Under the pieces are notes generated by a model that saw nothing but the letters and a program-made list of their open reading frames with translations, had not been told where the DNA came from and did no database searches. DNA of 37,577 nt. Source: Patescibacteria group bacterium (lineage in GTDB: Bacteria > Patescibacteriota > Minisyncoccia > 2-02-FULL-40-12 > IGHO2-01-FULL-4-A). The stretch is from contig JBBTSB010000012.1 in assembly GCA_038064915.1 (NCBI GenBank), positions 1-37,577 on the forward strand. Direction: 5' to 3'. Each line of letters begins with the position of its first letter. The stretch's first letter is position 1. Shown piece after piece: positions 27,133-36,777 of the stretch. Made by a program: the position numbers and the translations under genes.

Positions 27133-27753
27133 TTAGATCAGTTCCGCAATCACCACAAGACGCTGTTTGGTAGAAAAAAGTGGAGCGCAGGTGATGAGAG
27201 TAATGGTTGCTTTGTCGGTGGAATTCAGTACAGAAAAATCAGTCGGTTCGATGATTTTGATTTCGGTTGTTCGATACGTATACGTTGTCCCTTTCCAAGA
27301 CACCTTAATCTCATCTCCGGCACGAATTTTGTCCAAAGCGTAAAATGTATTGGAAACGGGAGGAAGGTAGCGGAAGCGGTGACCAAAAATCACCGTGTTG
27401 CTTGCGTATTCCGGCGTCGATGTTCCCGGAAATATCCAGCCGCCTTTGACGAGCACGTCGGCATCATCACTTTCAAAAATCGGCATGCTGATATCCAATT
27501 TGGAAATGAAAAGACGATTTTTTATATTCGGTCGGTTGGGGTCGAACGAAGGAGCTGGCGTCGGAGATGAAGAAAAAGAGGAACTTGCCATAGGTACGTC
27601 AACAACTCGTTCCTGGGCAACCGCATCGAGGTAATCCAAATCCCCGCTCAAGCCGAATGGCAAAAACGGAAACGACAAACCGCCCACACCCACGAGGAGA
27701 AAGATCACCCCGAGGATAATGAGCGGCTTGTTGAATGTTCGCTTGTTAGGCAA
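27133..27753 (-). CDS. Sortase family transpeptidase
   Basis: N-terminal TM anchor, catalytic His (VIFGHR), active-site TLITC motif (TLxTC) and a downstream Arg. Overlaps the upstream LPXTG-protein gene by 8 nt. Confidence 0.8.
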   Translation of the reverse strand: MPNKRTFNKPLIILGVIFLLVGVGGLSFPFLPFGLSGDLDYLDAVAQERVVDVPMASSSFSSSPTPAPSFDPNRPNIKNRLFISKLDISMPIFESDDADVLVKGGWIFPGTSTPEYASNTVIFGHRFRYLPPVSNTFYALDKIRAGDEIKVSWKGTTYTYRTTEIKIIEPTDFSVLNSTDKATITLITCAPLFSTKQRLVVIAELI

Positions 27754-29155
27754 GGGTTGTAAGGAATCGGCGAGGCAAAGCTTGGGCTCCGACGAGTATC
27801 AAGAAGATACCTGTCAGCGCAAATGCAATAAAGAGAGAAGCAAGCATGCGATCGCTGAAGCCAAATCCTGTCGTAGGAAGCACATCGCTTGCACCGGCTA
27901 CCTGTCCGCCACTGGTTGTACCACCGGTAGTTCCACCGGTTGTAGCACCAGCAACTTCACCACCGGTTGTTCCACCCGTGGATCCGCCACCTGAAGTGCC
28001 ACCACCAGTGGATCCACCACCAGAACTTGTGGCATTGTCGTTGTAGGTAAGCGTGCAGGTCTTGGAGTCACCATTGGCGAGAGTTACATTACCAATAGTA
28101 TCGCAGTCTCCCGTGATACCTTCAAAGGTATAGTCTGAGCTCCCTACAACCGTCAACAGGATGGTCGATATTCCACCCGTGCCGGTGTTACTAAAGCGCG
28201 AATCGCCATCAACATCATAGGTTGCTGGGGTAACTGTGTACTGAATACCGGAGTTCAAGCCGCCTGCTGGAGTACCGCTGACAAGCGTGCCATTGGTCAT
28301 TTCAATCGTGTGAATAAAATCCTGTGATGTGGCAGTTCCGCCGTTGTCATTGATGACAATCGTTTTGACGATCAGAGTTGCTGACTGCGGAGGGGTGACA
28401 CCGCCTCCACCACCGCCGCCGCCCCCTCCACCACCACCAGTTCCTGGATCAGGAGTGGGTGTTGGAGTTGGAGTAGGTGTAGGTTCCACGCTCGGTGTAG
28501 GAGTTGGGGTCGGGGTTGGTTCAGGAGTTGGGGTCGGAGTTGGGCAGTTTGGATTATTGCCTGGATTGTCACAACTTGGATCAGAGGTTGGCGTAGGAGT
28601 CGGAGTTATCTCGGGCGTTGGTGTCGGGGTTGGAGTAATCTCTGGAGTCGGTGTGGGAGTAGGAGTTATTTCGGGGGTAGGAGTCGGGGTTGGAGTAGGA
28701 GTGGGGGTTGGCGCTTCAGTAGGTGTTGGTGTTGGGGTCGCGGTTACACCGGCAACACGAAAATTATCAGATTTCCCATCGACTTCTGATTTATACTCTC
28801 CTCCATCACCATCTTGAATTGTATATGCTGCAAAACAAAACTTTCCTTGAGCATCGGTTGTTATAGTTCCAGAAGCTACCACGGTGCTTGGGTCTGTAGA
28901 ACCAGGTTGTCCAGTTACCGTCCAGGTTAAAGTGACATCCTGATCAAACCCCGTACCAATAATATACATAACATCACCGACCTCATAGAGGTTTTTGTTT
29001 ACCGGATTTCCACAATCTCCCGTAGTAGTTTTAATATTTCCACCTGCTGCTTGCACACTTCCAAGCGGACCAATGACAGGCATTAAAACCATCGTGCTAA
29101 CAAATACGACCAGGAATACTGAGCTTGCGACTGCTAATAGTTTACTTTTATTCAT
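27746..29155 (-). CDS. LPXTG-anchored surface protein with PT-repeat linker and poly-Gly tract
   Basis: Signal peptide, an ([10 protein letters not shown])n repeat, a G13 run, then a C-terminal LPTTG motif followed by a hydrophobic helix and an RR tail: a canonical cell-wall sorting signal. Confidence 0.8.
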   Translation of the reverse strand: MNKSKLLAVASSVFLVVFVSTMVLMPVIGPLGSVQAAGGNIKTTTGDCGNPVNKNLYEVGDVMYIIGTGFDQDVTLTWTVTGQPGSTDPSTVVASGTITTDAQGKFCFAAYTIQDGDGGEYKSEVDGKSDNFRVAGVTATPTPTPTEAPTPTPTPTPTPTPEITPTPTPTPEITPTPTPTPEITPTPTPTSDPSCDNPGNNPNCPTPTPTPEPTPTPTPTPSVEPTPTPTPTPTPDPGTGGGGGGGGGGGGGVTPPQSATLIVKTIVINDNGGTATSQDFIHTIEMTNGTLVSGTPAGGLNSGIQYTVTPATYDVDGDSRFSNTGTGGISTILLTVVGSSDYTFEGITGDCDTIGNVTLANGDSKTCTLTYNDNATSSGGGSTGGGTSGGGSTGGTTGGEVAGATTGGTTGGTTSGGQVAGASDVLPTTGFGFSDRMLASLFIAFALTGIFLILVGAQALPRRFLTTLA

Positions 29156-29227
29156 AGTATATTAAATAAACGTAATTACTACGTTTTTGTGACGTAATGT
29201 TAACTTGATAGGAATATACCACATCCT

Positions 29228-30142
29228 TCATGATAATGCAAGCCCTAGGCCTATATACCTATTAATCGCCAGCACTGTCAGTACGACGAGGATCAATAGC
29301 ATCGGCGCAATCGCCAGGCGTGGATTAGGAAGTTCAAAACGGATAATGATCGTGAGGACGAAGGCCAAAAGAACAATTCCTCCTATAATAAGCAAAATAT
29401 TGTTAGTTGTCTTGCGAGGTTCGATGACTACCGTGGTGAGAATACTAGAAGGTTGGACCTTGTTTGGTTGTGCAAGTGCAGGAATTGCTGTTGGTGAACG
29501 TTTTGCCATCGGTGATGGTGATGGAAAAGTTGTCGCTGCCGCTTCGACACGTTGAGGTGAGACCACGATGCGGGATGAGCTCCGAGGCTTTCCAAAATAC
29601 TGCACTACAAAAATAGCTTCGTTCCCCTGGTACATTCCCTTTGCGGTCGCAATACCGATCTCCGTATAGCCTCCGTTCATGATGTTGGCGCGATGCGAAG
29701 GTGAGTTCATCCATGCGGTATGCACATCGCTTGAGTCAATAAAATTCACGGCAAGATTCTCCCCTGCTGCCGTGTATCCGTACCCAGCCTTCTGCAGCCA
29801 GTACCACGGCGTGACTCCCTCGGGGCTTGTGTGCGCAAAGTATCCCTTACTTGCCATGTCTTGTGCCTTGAGCGTGGCCGCCTGCTCTAATATGGAGTTG
29901 GTAACGAGTATTGGAAGATTTTCGTTCGTACGAGATGCATTGGCCGACTGTACCAGTACATTGGGAAGGATCAATGAAAAAAGTCCTTGACCCGGTTTGA
30001 TCACGAACGTCGAAACCAAAAATGTTCCTTCAACCGTGATGGCAACCGCCAACAAAAAAACAATCGCCTCCGTGCGAAGCATATGCGGATGGTGATCGTT
30101 CCCTTCGTGGGGGATGAAGTGGTCTTTGAGCCAAGAAAGCAT
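29228..30142 (-). CDS. CAP/SCP (PR-1-like) domain membrane protein
   Basis: GYFAHTSPEG...GENLA...WMNSPSHRANIMN...YTEIG is the CAP-domain signature. N-terminal TM helix and C-terminal hydrophobic helices. Confidence 0.65.
   Translation of the reverse strand: MLSWLKDHFIPHEGNDHHPHMLRTEAIVFLLAVAITVEGTFLVSTFVIKPGQGLFSLILPNVLVQSANASRTNENLPILVTNSILEQAATLKAQDMASKGYFAHTSPEGVTPWYWLQKAGYGYTAAGENLAVNFIDSSDVHTAWMNSPSHRANIMNGGYTEIGIATAKGMYQGNEAIFVVQYFGKPRSSSRIVVSPQRVEAAATTFPSPSPMAKRSPTAIPALAQPNKVQPSSILTTVVIEPRKTTNNILLIIGGIVLLAFVLTIIIRFELPNPRLAIAPMLLILVVLTVLAINRYIGLGLALS
30071..30133. repeat. Direct repeat copy 1 (5' end of the CAP gene, about 63 bp)
   Basis: gtgcgaagcatat|gcggatggtgatcgttcccttcgtgggggatgaagtggtctttgagccaa recurs at 30965..31083, with one mismatch and a 56-bp insertion. 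Confidence 0.85.
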
Positions 30143-30166
30143 AGGTATATTATATCACTTCGGCAA

Positions 30167-30694
30167 TTATAGATCGAAATACTCTACAATCTTTTGCGCA
30201 ACCTCACGTGGTTGCATGGTGCTTGTATCAAAAGTGATATTCTCAGCATTCTGCACCTTTGCAAAGAGATTAAACTTGTCCATCAATTCCTTGAGCTTCT
30301 CTGGGGTTTTTACTTTATGGAATTTTTCTCGGCTTGGCTCGTTGACACGCTTCATTAAGATCTCTTCAGGCGCTATGAGTTGCACAAAATGTATTTGGCC
30401 TTTGTTGTGCTCTACAATCTTGGATAACGAATCAATCCAGGGTTGATCGCTTATGTCATAAACATAGGTAAAAATCACACCAGGAATATCCGCTTTGGCT
30501 GTGGTATCAATAATATCTTCGAGAATTCTATTGACTAGTGGTGCGCGAGCTGAATGTCCCCAATCAAAAAAAATACCAATTATGTCACTGATGATGTGAT
30601 TGTGAAAATTCTTGTAGCCTGTTAGTTTTTCGAGCTCATTTGCTACAGTGAGCTTACCAACGGCAGGAGGACCATAGAGGAAGATGAGATTCAT
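30167..30694 (-). CDS. P-loop NTPase, kinase-like (AAA_33 / zeta-toxin-like fold)
   Basis: Walker A motif LYGPPAVGKLT near the N-terminus. About 175 aa, typical of small nucleotide or polynucleotide kinases. Confidence 0.55.
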   Translation of the reverse strand: MNLIFLYGPPAVGKLTVANELEKLTGYKNFHNHIISDIIGIFFDWGHSARAPLVNRILEDIIDTTAKADIPGVIFTYVYDISDQPWIDSLSKIVEHNKGQIHFVQLIAPEEILMKRVNEPSREKFHKVKTPEKLKELMDKFNLFAKVQNAENITFDTSTMQPREVAQKIVEYFDL

Positions 30695-30702
30695 ATTTAT
30701 TC

Positions 30703-30939
30703 TTACAATAAATGTTTTCTCAGAAAAGCTCTGCCTGAACCGGACTTGAGATACTTTTCGAGGGCAAAAGCTTTCTCTTTATTATTAATAGCCATATATC
30801 CGTGTAGTCTAACGGGTAGGTATCCTTTGGTTGCCAACACATGGCCGGATTGATGCCTATGTAAGCGTTGCTTCAGATCGTCAGTACATCCGGTGTACAA
30901 TCTTTCTTCCGAACAAATGAGAATATAAACGTAGTACAA
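30703..30939 (-). CDS. GIY-YIG nuclease superfamily protein (UPF0213/YhbQ-like, 78 aa)
   Basis: MYYVYILICSEERLYTGCTDDLKQRLHRH... contains the GIY (YVYIL) and YIG (LYTGCT) motifs. Conserved Arg and Glu follow. Confidence 0.75.
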   Translation of the reverse strand: MYYVYILICSEERLYTGCTDDLKQRLHRHQSGHVLATKGYLPVRLHGYMAINNKEKAFALEKYLKSGSGRAFLRKHLL

Positions 30940-30964
30940 GAATGCAAGCTATATTAATTCTTTC

Positions 30965-31083
30965 TGTGCGAAGCATATCCCTCCTTCGCGGGCTTGAGGG
31001 ACGCGTCCGCCGAAGCCCGCTATGGCGGGCGAAGGCGGATGGTGATCGTTCCCTTCGTGGGGGACGAAGTGGTCTTTGAGCCA
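30965..31083. repeat. Direct repeat copy 2 (disrupted duplicate of the CAP gene 5' end), interrupted by a 56-bp GC-rich palindromic insert (30978..31033)
   Basis: Encodes the MFNWLKDHFVPHEGNDHHP fragment on the - strand (compare MLSWLKDHFIPHEGNDHHP at the real gene start). The insert contains GCGGGCTT...AAGCCCGC stems. Confidence 0.85.
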
Positions 31084-31122
31084 ATTGAACATTATTTTAT
31101 TATATGTTAGACTCTCCAAACT

Positions 31123-32223
31123 ATGCAAATGACCGTTGCAACCGCGGGTCTTTCCATGAAGGATCTGCTCGCACAAACCGTGATTGAACTTCCCAAAGCC
31201 GGGGCTGTTGTCGAGGGCGATGTGTTAAGCGTCAGCAAAAACGCCGTGATGGTGGATTTGGGCAGTCTGGGCACAGGCATCGTTTACCCCGGTGAATTTT
31301 ATGACAACTCCACTCTCCAGAAAACACTCGCGCCCGGTCAGCACATCAGCGCGGTATTTCTTGCCATTGAAGATGAGGGGGGACTGGGCTATCGGGAGCT
31401 TTCTCTTCGCCGGGCACAACGCACCACCGCTTGGGAAGACATCAAACAGAAAAAAGAGAGCGGCGAGGTCGTCACCACAAAGATCGTCAATATCAATAAA
31501 GGTGGACTAATCGTAGAGATCAATGGCGTCCAGGGATTCCTTCCCCTATCGCAACTTTCTCCCGAACACTATCCCAAAGTGGAGGGTGGCGACACCACGA
31601 AGATCGTCCAAGTACTTCAAAAATTCCGCAACCAAGATTTTCAAATGAAGATCATCGATTTTTCTGAAGAAGAAAATCGATTGATTGTATCCGAAAAAGC
31701 TATCAGCGAAGCGAGCCTCCAGGAAGAACTGGCAAAGTTTGTCATCGGTGATGTCGTGGCTGGCGTTGTCACGGATGTCACAGACTTTGGCGCGTTTGTC
31801 ATGTTGAAGTCAAAAACTGAAGGTGCTCCGGGTATTGAAGGGCTGATCCATATTTCAGAAATTGATTGGAAAATCATCGACAACCCCCGCGACATTCTGG
31901 CCACCGGGCAGGAAGTACAGGCCAAAATCATCACCATTGAAGGAGGAAAAATTTCCCTTTCTCTCAAGGCGCTGAAGGCAGATCCGTGGGAACATGCGTT
32001 GGAAAAATATGCTGTAGGCCAAACACTCACCGGCAAGGTGGTAAAGATCACCAACTACGGGGCGCTTGTTAGCCTCGATGACGAAATCACGGGCCTGGTT
32101 CCCCTTTCAGAATTTGGCGAGAAAAAACCATCCGAAGTAGTCACCATCGGCGCACAGCAACTTGTCGCTATTGTCTCCCTCGACCCTCAAGAGCACAAAA
32201 TGCTACTCACGCTACAGAAGTAA
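31123..32223 (+). CDS. rpsA: 30S ribosomal protein S1 (short, 4 S1-domain form)
   Basis: 366 aa with repeated S1-domain patterns (GDVVAGVVTDVTDFGAFV..., GQTLTGKVVKITNYGALVSL...). Confidence 0.8.
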   Translation: MQMTVATAGLSMKDLLAQTVIELPKAGAVVEGDVLSVSKNAVMVDLGSLGTGIVYPGEFYDNSTLQKTLAPGQHISAVFLAIEDEGGLGYRELSLRRAQRTTAWEDIKQKKESGEVVTTKIVNINKGGLIVEINGVQGFLPLSQLSPEHYPKVEGGDTTKIVQVLQKFRNQDFQMKIIDFSEEENRLIVSEKAISEASLQEELAKFVIGDVVAGVVTDVTDFGAFVMLKSKTEGAPGIEGLIHISEIDWKIIDNPRDILATGQEVQAKIITIEGGKISLSLKALKADPWEHALEKYAVGQTLTGKVVKITNYGALVSLDDEITGLVPLSEFGEKKPSEVVTIGAQQLVAIVSLDPQEHKMLLTLQK

Positions 32224-34032
32224 ATGAAGTCACTCATTAAATACACGCTTCTCATTTTTCTTGTTCTGTTGGTACTTTCAAGTATCATCGCAAGTTTTGG
32301 CACAGGTGGAAAAACAAAAACGGAAGAGATACAGCTGACCACGCTCGTGGAAGAAATCAATGAGGGAAAAGTAAAAGAGATTGTTGTCCGCGGCAATACC
32401 CTGGAAATCACCCTCCAAGACGACTCTCTACAAAAAGCAAAGAAAGAATCCGAATCATCGCTTTCCGAATCACTCAAAAATCTCGGAGCGCAAAAGGCAG
32501 TGCCCATTAGCGTCAAAGACGAGACGGGATTTAGTTATTATGCACTCCAATTTCTTCCCACACTGCTGACATTTTTGCTTATCGGCGCCTTTTTCTGGTT
32601 CATGCTTCGCTCCGCACAGCGAGGAGCGATGACGGCATTCAATTTTGGCAAGTCCAAAGCGCGCCTGGCGGGCGGCGAAGTAGGAAAAAAGAAAGTAACG
32701 TTTAAAGATGTAGCGGGACTCATTGAAGCAAAGGAAGAGGTTTCCGAAATTGTAGATTTTTTGAAAGATCCCCGAAAGTTCCATCGCGTGGGTGCTCGCA
32801 TGCCTCGCGGCGTACTATTGATCGGCACACCCGGAACCGGAAAAACATTACTTGCTAAAGCCGTCGCCAATGAAGCCAACGTTCCTTTCTATTTTGTATC
32901 CGGTTCTGAGTTTGTAGAAATGTTTGTCGGTGTTGGCGCCACACGCGTCCGTGATACGTTTGAAGCCGCAAAGAAGAACGCTCCCTCTATTATTTTTGTT
33001 GACGAGATTGATGCGGTGGGCAGACACCGAGGTGCCGGATTGGGAGGCGGACATGATGAACGCGAGCAAACCCTCAATCAAATTCTCGTAGAAATGGATG
33101 GCTTTGATACAAACGACACCGTCATCGTGATGGCTGCAACCAACCGTCCTGATATTTTAGATCCCGCGCTCCTACGCCCCGGTCGCTTTGATCGTCGTAT
33201 TATTCTCGATGAGCCTTCTATCAACGATCGTGAAGCAATCCTCAAGATTCACTCTGTAGAAAAGCCTCTTGCAGCAGATGTGAATCTCCGTGTCGTTGCG
33301 GAACGCACTCCCGGATTTTCCGGAGCCGATCTTGCAAACCTTATCAATGAGGGTGCGATTTTGGCGGGACGCAAGAACCAATCGGAAATTTTACAAGACG
33401 ATATCTTACAGGCGATTGAAAAAGTCATGCTCGGTCCGGAACGCAAATCCCGTGTACTCAATCCCAAAGAAAAAGAAATTACCGCCTATCATGAAGCGGG
33501 CCATGCGCTAGTTGCCGTCTCCATGTCGCATGCGGACCCCGTACACAAAGTTTCTATCGTCGCACGTGGACGAGCCGGGGGATACACGCTCAAGCTTCCT
33601 TCCGAGGAACGGCACCTCAAATCTCGATCGGACTTCGAAGCCGAGCTTGCGGTACTTTTGGGGGGATACATGGCTGAGCAAGTAGTGTTTAAAGAACTGA
33701 CGACTGGTGCATCGAACGATCTCAAGGTTGCCTCTGATCTTGCGCGCAAGATGGTCACCGAATACGGTATGTCTGAAAAAATCGGCCCCGTGGTGCTTGG
33801 AGAAAAAGAGTCGGAGGTATTTTTGGGAAGGGATTTCGGACATCAGAAAAATTACTCCGAACAAACGGCGATCGCCATCGACACCGAGGTCAATGTATTT
33901 ATGAACAAGGCCATGCATAATGCCAAGGATGCAATCACCAAAAAAATGGATCTCCTGAACCGCATCGCCAAAGAACTCATAGCCAAGGAAACCTTGGAAC
34001 AGGCCGAATTTTATGCCATAGTAAATGCGTAA
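32224..34032 (+). CDS. ftsH: ATP-dependent zinc metalloprotease FtsH
   Basis: Two N-terminal TM helices, Walker A (GTPGTGKT) and B (IIFVDEID), SRH, the HEAGHA zinc motif. Confidence 0.95.
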   Translation: MKSLIKYTLLIFLVLLVLSSIIASFGTGGKTKTEEIQLTTLVEEINEGKVKEIVVRGNTLEITLQDDSLQKAKKESESSLSESLKNLGAQKAVPISVKDETGFSYYALQFLPTLLTFLLIGAFFWFMLRSAQRGAMTAFNFGKSKARLAGGEVGKKKVTFKDVAGLIEAKEEVSEIVDFLKDPRKFHRVGARMPRGVLLIGTPGTGKTLLAKAVANEANVPFYFVSGSEFVEMFVGVGATRVRDTFEAAKKNAPSIIFVDEIDAVGRHRGAGLGGGHDEREQTLNQILVEMDGFDTNDTVIVMAATNRPDILDPALLRPGRFDRRIILDEPSINDREAILKIHSVEKPLAADVNLRVVAERTPGFSGADLANLINEGAILAGRKNQSEILQDDILQAIEKVMLGPERKSRVLNPKEKEITAYHEAGHALVAVSMSHADPVHKVSIVARGRAGGYTLKLPSEERHLKSRSDFEAELAVLLGGYMAEQVVFKELTTGASNDLKVASDLARKMVTEYGMSEKIGPVVLGEKESEVFLGRDFGHQKNYSEQTAIAIDTEVNVFMNKAMHNAKDAITKKMDLLNRIAKELIAKETLEQAEFYAIVNA

Positions 34033-34052
34033 ACTTTTGGGCTTTGAAAAAT

Positions 34053-34075
34053 CGCTCTCCGGAGCGGTTTTTTTG
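34053..34075 (+). terminator. Rho-independent terminator downstream of ftsH
   Basis: GC stem CGCTC-TCCG-GAGCG followed by GTTTTTTTG. Confidence 0.6.
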
Positions 34076-34124
34076 TGGATAAGAATAATTAAACTAACGT
34101 GTAGGGATTGATATAATATTCATT

Positions 34125-34808
34125 ATGGCTCGCTTCAAGGACAGAGAAAAGGCCGTACAACTTCGAATGCAAGGCAAAACGTATTCCGAAATACGACCCA
34201 TTCTCGATGTAAGTAAAAGTACGCTCTCGAATTGGCTTACAAATATTCGTGTTTCAAAAACACAACTCCAAGATATCGAGAAAAGTGCAAAATTGAAGCG
34301 AAGTGAAAACTATTTCCGAACTATTCGAGAACGAAAAGCACGTCTTGAGAAAGAATACTTCGAAGCAGAGAAAAGTACTTTAGGAAAAATTACCAAAAGA
34401 GACCTATTTATAGCTGGCCTATTTCTTTATCTCGGGGAAGGTACAAAAAGTACGGCATCGAAAATTTGTATTTCCAATAGTGACCCTGCAGTTATTGCTT
34501 TCGCGTCATTTTGGCTCAAGAAAATTTTAGGCGTAGAGAAAAAGAAAATGAGAGTCGCAATTCATCTTTATAGCAACATGGAAATTGAGAGGGAAAAATT
34601 GTTTTGGAGTAAGGTAACAGATTTGCCGATTGCACAATTTCATACACCCTACATAAAGAGGTCTAGAGCGAACAGGATCACCCACATCTCCCATGGTCAT
34701 GGAACTTGTAATATTATCTATGGAAATGTACACTTAAAACAGCGAATTATGGCAGGAATAAAGGTTATATTAGGAGATGGACTTGACGGGCGCGTAGCTC
34801 AATGGTAG
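34125..34808 (+). CDS. HTH-domain protein with one LAGLIDADG-like motif (possible degenerate homing endonuclease); its 3' end runs 21 nt into tRNA-Ile
   Basis: N-terminal resolvase/sigma-70 region-4-like HTH (GKTYSEIRPILDVSKSTLSNWL). FIAGLFLYLGEGTKS resembles the first LAGLIDADG motif of the ORF at 36778. No clear second motif. Confidence 0.4.
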   Translation: MARFKDREKAVQLRMQGKTYSEIRPILDVSKSTLSNWLTNIRVSKTQLQDIEKSAKLKRSENYFRTIRERKARLEKEYFEAEKSTLGKITKRDLFIAGLFLYLGEGTKSTASKICISNSDPAVIAFASFWLKKILGVEKKKMRVAIHLYSNMEIEREKLFWSKVTDLPIAQFHTPYIKRSRANRITHISHGHGTCNIIYGNVHLKQRIMAGIKVILGDGLDGRVAQW

Positions 34809-34859
34809 AGCACGTCACTTATAATGACGAGGTCCCTGGCTCGATCCCAGGCGCGCCCA
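34788..34859 (+). tRNA. tRNA-Ile (anticodon TAT), 72 nt
   Basis: Acceptor GGGCGCG/CGCGCCC, D-arm GCTC-AATGGTA-GAGC, anticodon stem CGTCA/TGACG with loop CTTATAA, T-arm CCTGG-CTCGATC-CCAGG, discriminator A. Confidence 0.75.
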
Positions 34860-34861
34860 CT

Positions 34862-35248
34862 ATGAACAATATTTTTCAACTTCCGAGACGGTATTATATC
34901 TATGCACTAGTTATTTTTTTAGCGCACTCTCTTTTAGTATTTCTTCCATTCTTTGCTGACGAAACCCCATACGGAAAAGCGGCGTTTCCGGTTTTAACTA
35001 TAGGAATTCCTCTTGCATTCCCTGTCCTACTCGTAAACTTTTATGTGATATGGCCCCTGCGATACGGAGTCGACATGGATCGCTATTATCACGATTCTAT
35101 GTATAGTGTCTCCGCCTATCCAACAGAAACATTTGGTTTTACTGTCGGATTATTTTCTTTCTTGTACGCATTTCTCTATCTGTATATAATACAGAGAAAA
35201 TTTGTTAAGTATCGACAAGAAGATATCACGACACTTGAACGATCATGA
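34862..35248 (+). CDS. Membrane protein of unknown function (3-4 TM helices)
   Basis: The ORF-track start at 34802 lies inside the tRNA. The internal Met at 34862 (MNNIFQLPRRYY...) is preferred. Hydrophobic helices, aromatic-rich. Confidence 0.45.
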   Translation: MNNIFQLPRRYYIYALVIFLAHSLLVFLPFFADETPYGKAAFPVLTIGIPLAFPVLLVNFYVIWPLRYGVDMDRYYHDSMYSVSAYPTETFGFTVGLFSFLYAFLYLYIIQRKFVKYRQEDITTLERS

Positions 35249-35264
35249 AATTGTTGGGAAACTA

Positions 35265-35336
35265 GGACGGTTAGCTCAACGGCAGAGCACTTCGTTTACA
35301 CCGAAGGGGTTATAGGTTCGAATCCTATACCGTCCA
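35265..35336 (+). tRNA. tRNA-Val (anticodon TAC), 72 nt
   Basis: Acceptor GGACGGT/ACCGTCC, D-arm GCTC-AACGGCA-GAGC, anticodon stem CTTCG/CGAAG with loop TTTACAC, T-arm ATAGG-TTCGAAT-CCTAT. Confidence 0.8.
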
Positions 35337-35338
35337 CT

Positions 35339-35662
35339 ATGGAAATAGAAAATCGAGAACCGCCTATTACTCTGCAAGAGAAAATTGGCGATGCCAAAAA
35401 TCGTCGTTCTATCCTCGAACAAAGTATCGGTGCTTTTTGCTCACCTGACTTTCCAAAATATACGCTGGACGGGAAACTTGTAACAGTGGAGGAAATTAAA
35501 AAGCTGATAGAGGAACTTCGCGATATGGCTCGAAGAAATGATGACCAGAAAGTAATTGATCGGCTCCTGGATGACCTACCAATAAGTCCTAATGATATTC
35601 GAAATGTGGTGAAACAAATCATAGACCTTGATGGGGAGATAGCCACTCTCGAAAATGTCTGA
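35339..35662 (+). CDS. Hypothetical protein (107 aa), translationally coupled to the RluA-family gene
   Basis: The ATG is 3 nt after the tRNA-Val 3' end. Overlaps the next gene by 8 nt. No recognisable motif. Confidence 0.4.
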   Translation: MEIENREPPITLQEKIGDAKNRRSILEQSIGAFCSPDFPKYTLDGKLVTVEEIKKLIEELRDMARRNDDQKVIDRLLDDLPISPNDIRNVVKQIIDLDGEIATLENV

Positions 35663-36317
35663 ACCAAAAGTAGTCTACGAATCCCCTTCTACGCTTATCA
35701 TCAACAAACCCTCTGGACTGCTTACCCATCCAAGAAATGAACACGATAAGCGCGAGAGTGTGGCTAGCTGGCTGGCAAAAAACTATCCCGGTGCCGTATG
35801 GGCACATCGGCTCGACAAGGACACGTCGGGTATTTTGTTGATTGCAAAGACTCCCGAAGCACTTGCCTACTATCGAGAGCTTTTTCATGACCGCAAAATC
35901 CAAAAGCAATATATTGCTCTCGTCTATGGCACTATGAAGAACGAAACGGGAATCATAGACGCACCACTGTTTAAATTTGGCACACGCCAGAGCATGCGGC
36001 CTCCACGAGAAGGCAATACTCTTGAGCGCGCGGCGCTTACGGAATATAAAGTTGTGAAGCAGTTTGATGATTATGCGATTATGGAAGTTCGCCCTAAAAC
36101 AGGTCGTACTCACCAGATTCGCATACACCTGCGCTCTATCGGTCATCCCATTGTTTGTGATCCCATTTATGCGGAAAAAAGTCGAGTTTGCCCTGTAGAA
36201 TTGGGCCGACTTTTTTTGCATGCCCAAAAGCTCATCTTTACTACCCCTGAAGGCCAAGCCATGACACTTGAGGCTGACCTACCACCGGAACTTGAAAACT
36301 TCTTGAAAACCCTGTAG
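35655..36317 (+). CDS. RluA-family pseudouridine synthase (no N-terminal S4 domain)
   Basis: Catalytic motif HRLDKDTSGILL plus downstream conserved regions (GR.HQIR.HL...GHPI.GD). Confidence 0.8.
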   Translation: MSEPKVVYESPSTLIINKPSGLLTHPRNEHDKRESVASWLAKNYPGAVWAHRLDKDTSGILLIAKTPEALAYYRELFHDRKIQKQYIALVYGTMKNETGIIDAPLFKFGTRQSMRPPREGNTLERAALTEYKVVKQFDDYAIMEVRPKTGRTHQIRIHLRSIGHPIVCDPIYAEKSRVCPVELGRLFLHAQKLIFTTPEGQAMTLEADLPPELENFLKTL

Positions 36318-36329
36318 GATATCTAAGCT

Positions 36330-36725
36330 ATGAACCCCACCTATCAATTTGACCAATCCCAAACACGCGGAAAAACCAGCGCCGATTTTATGACCCTCAA
36401 ACCCGGTGCTACGGTAAAAGTACATCAGACCATCAAAGAAGGCGAGAAGTCACGCATTCAGATTTTTGAAGGCATTATCATCGCCCGCAAACATGGCTCG
36501 GGTCCCAGTGCTACGATCACAGTACGCAAGATTTCCAATGGTATCGGCGTGGAGCGTATCTTCCCGTTGCATCTTCCCACTATTGCCAAGTTTGAAGTCA
36601 CCAAGAACTCAAAAGTTCGTCGCTCAAAACTCTACTACCTCCGTACCAAAACCGCTCGCGAGACTCGCAAGAAAACAAAAGTCATTGAAACCAAAGCGAC
36701 GACAATCGAAGTTGCAACTCCATAG
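36330..36725 (+). CDS. rplS: 50S ribosomal protein L19
   Basis: ...GATVKVHQTIKEGEKSRIQIFEGIIIARKHGS... is the conserved L19 core. Confidence 0.85.
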   Translation: MNPTYQFDQSQTRGKTSADFMTLKPGATVKVHQTIKEGEKSRIQIFEGIIIARKHGSGPSATITVRKISNGIGVERIFPLHLPTIAKFEVTKNSKVRRSKLYYLRTKTARETRKKTKVIETKATTIEVATP

Positions 36726-36777
36726 AATTGTTCATAAGTATATTTGGTAGCCGCTACTGATTGAGGTATAATATACT

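Noticed and set aside
30949-31176. 75-aa - strand ORF as a real gene
   Set aside because: It is the frameshifted duplicate of the CAP gene N-terminus (repeat copy 2 with the 56-bp insert). It is treated as a gene remnant, not a functional CDS.
34802-34861. ORF-track start of the membrane protein inside tRNA-Ile
   Set aside because: The first 20 codons are the tRNA sequence itself; the internal Met at 34862 just past the tRNA 3' end is the plausible start.
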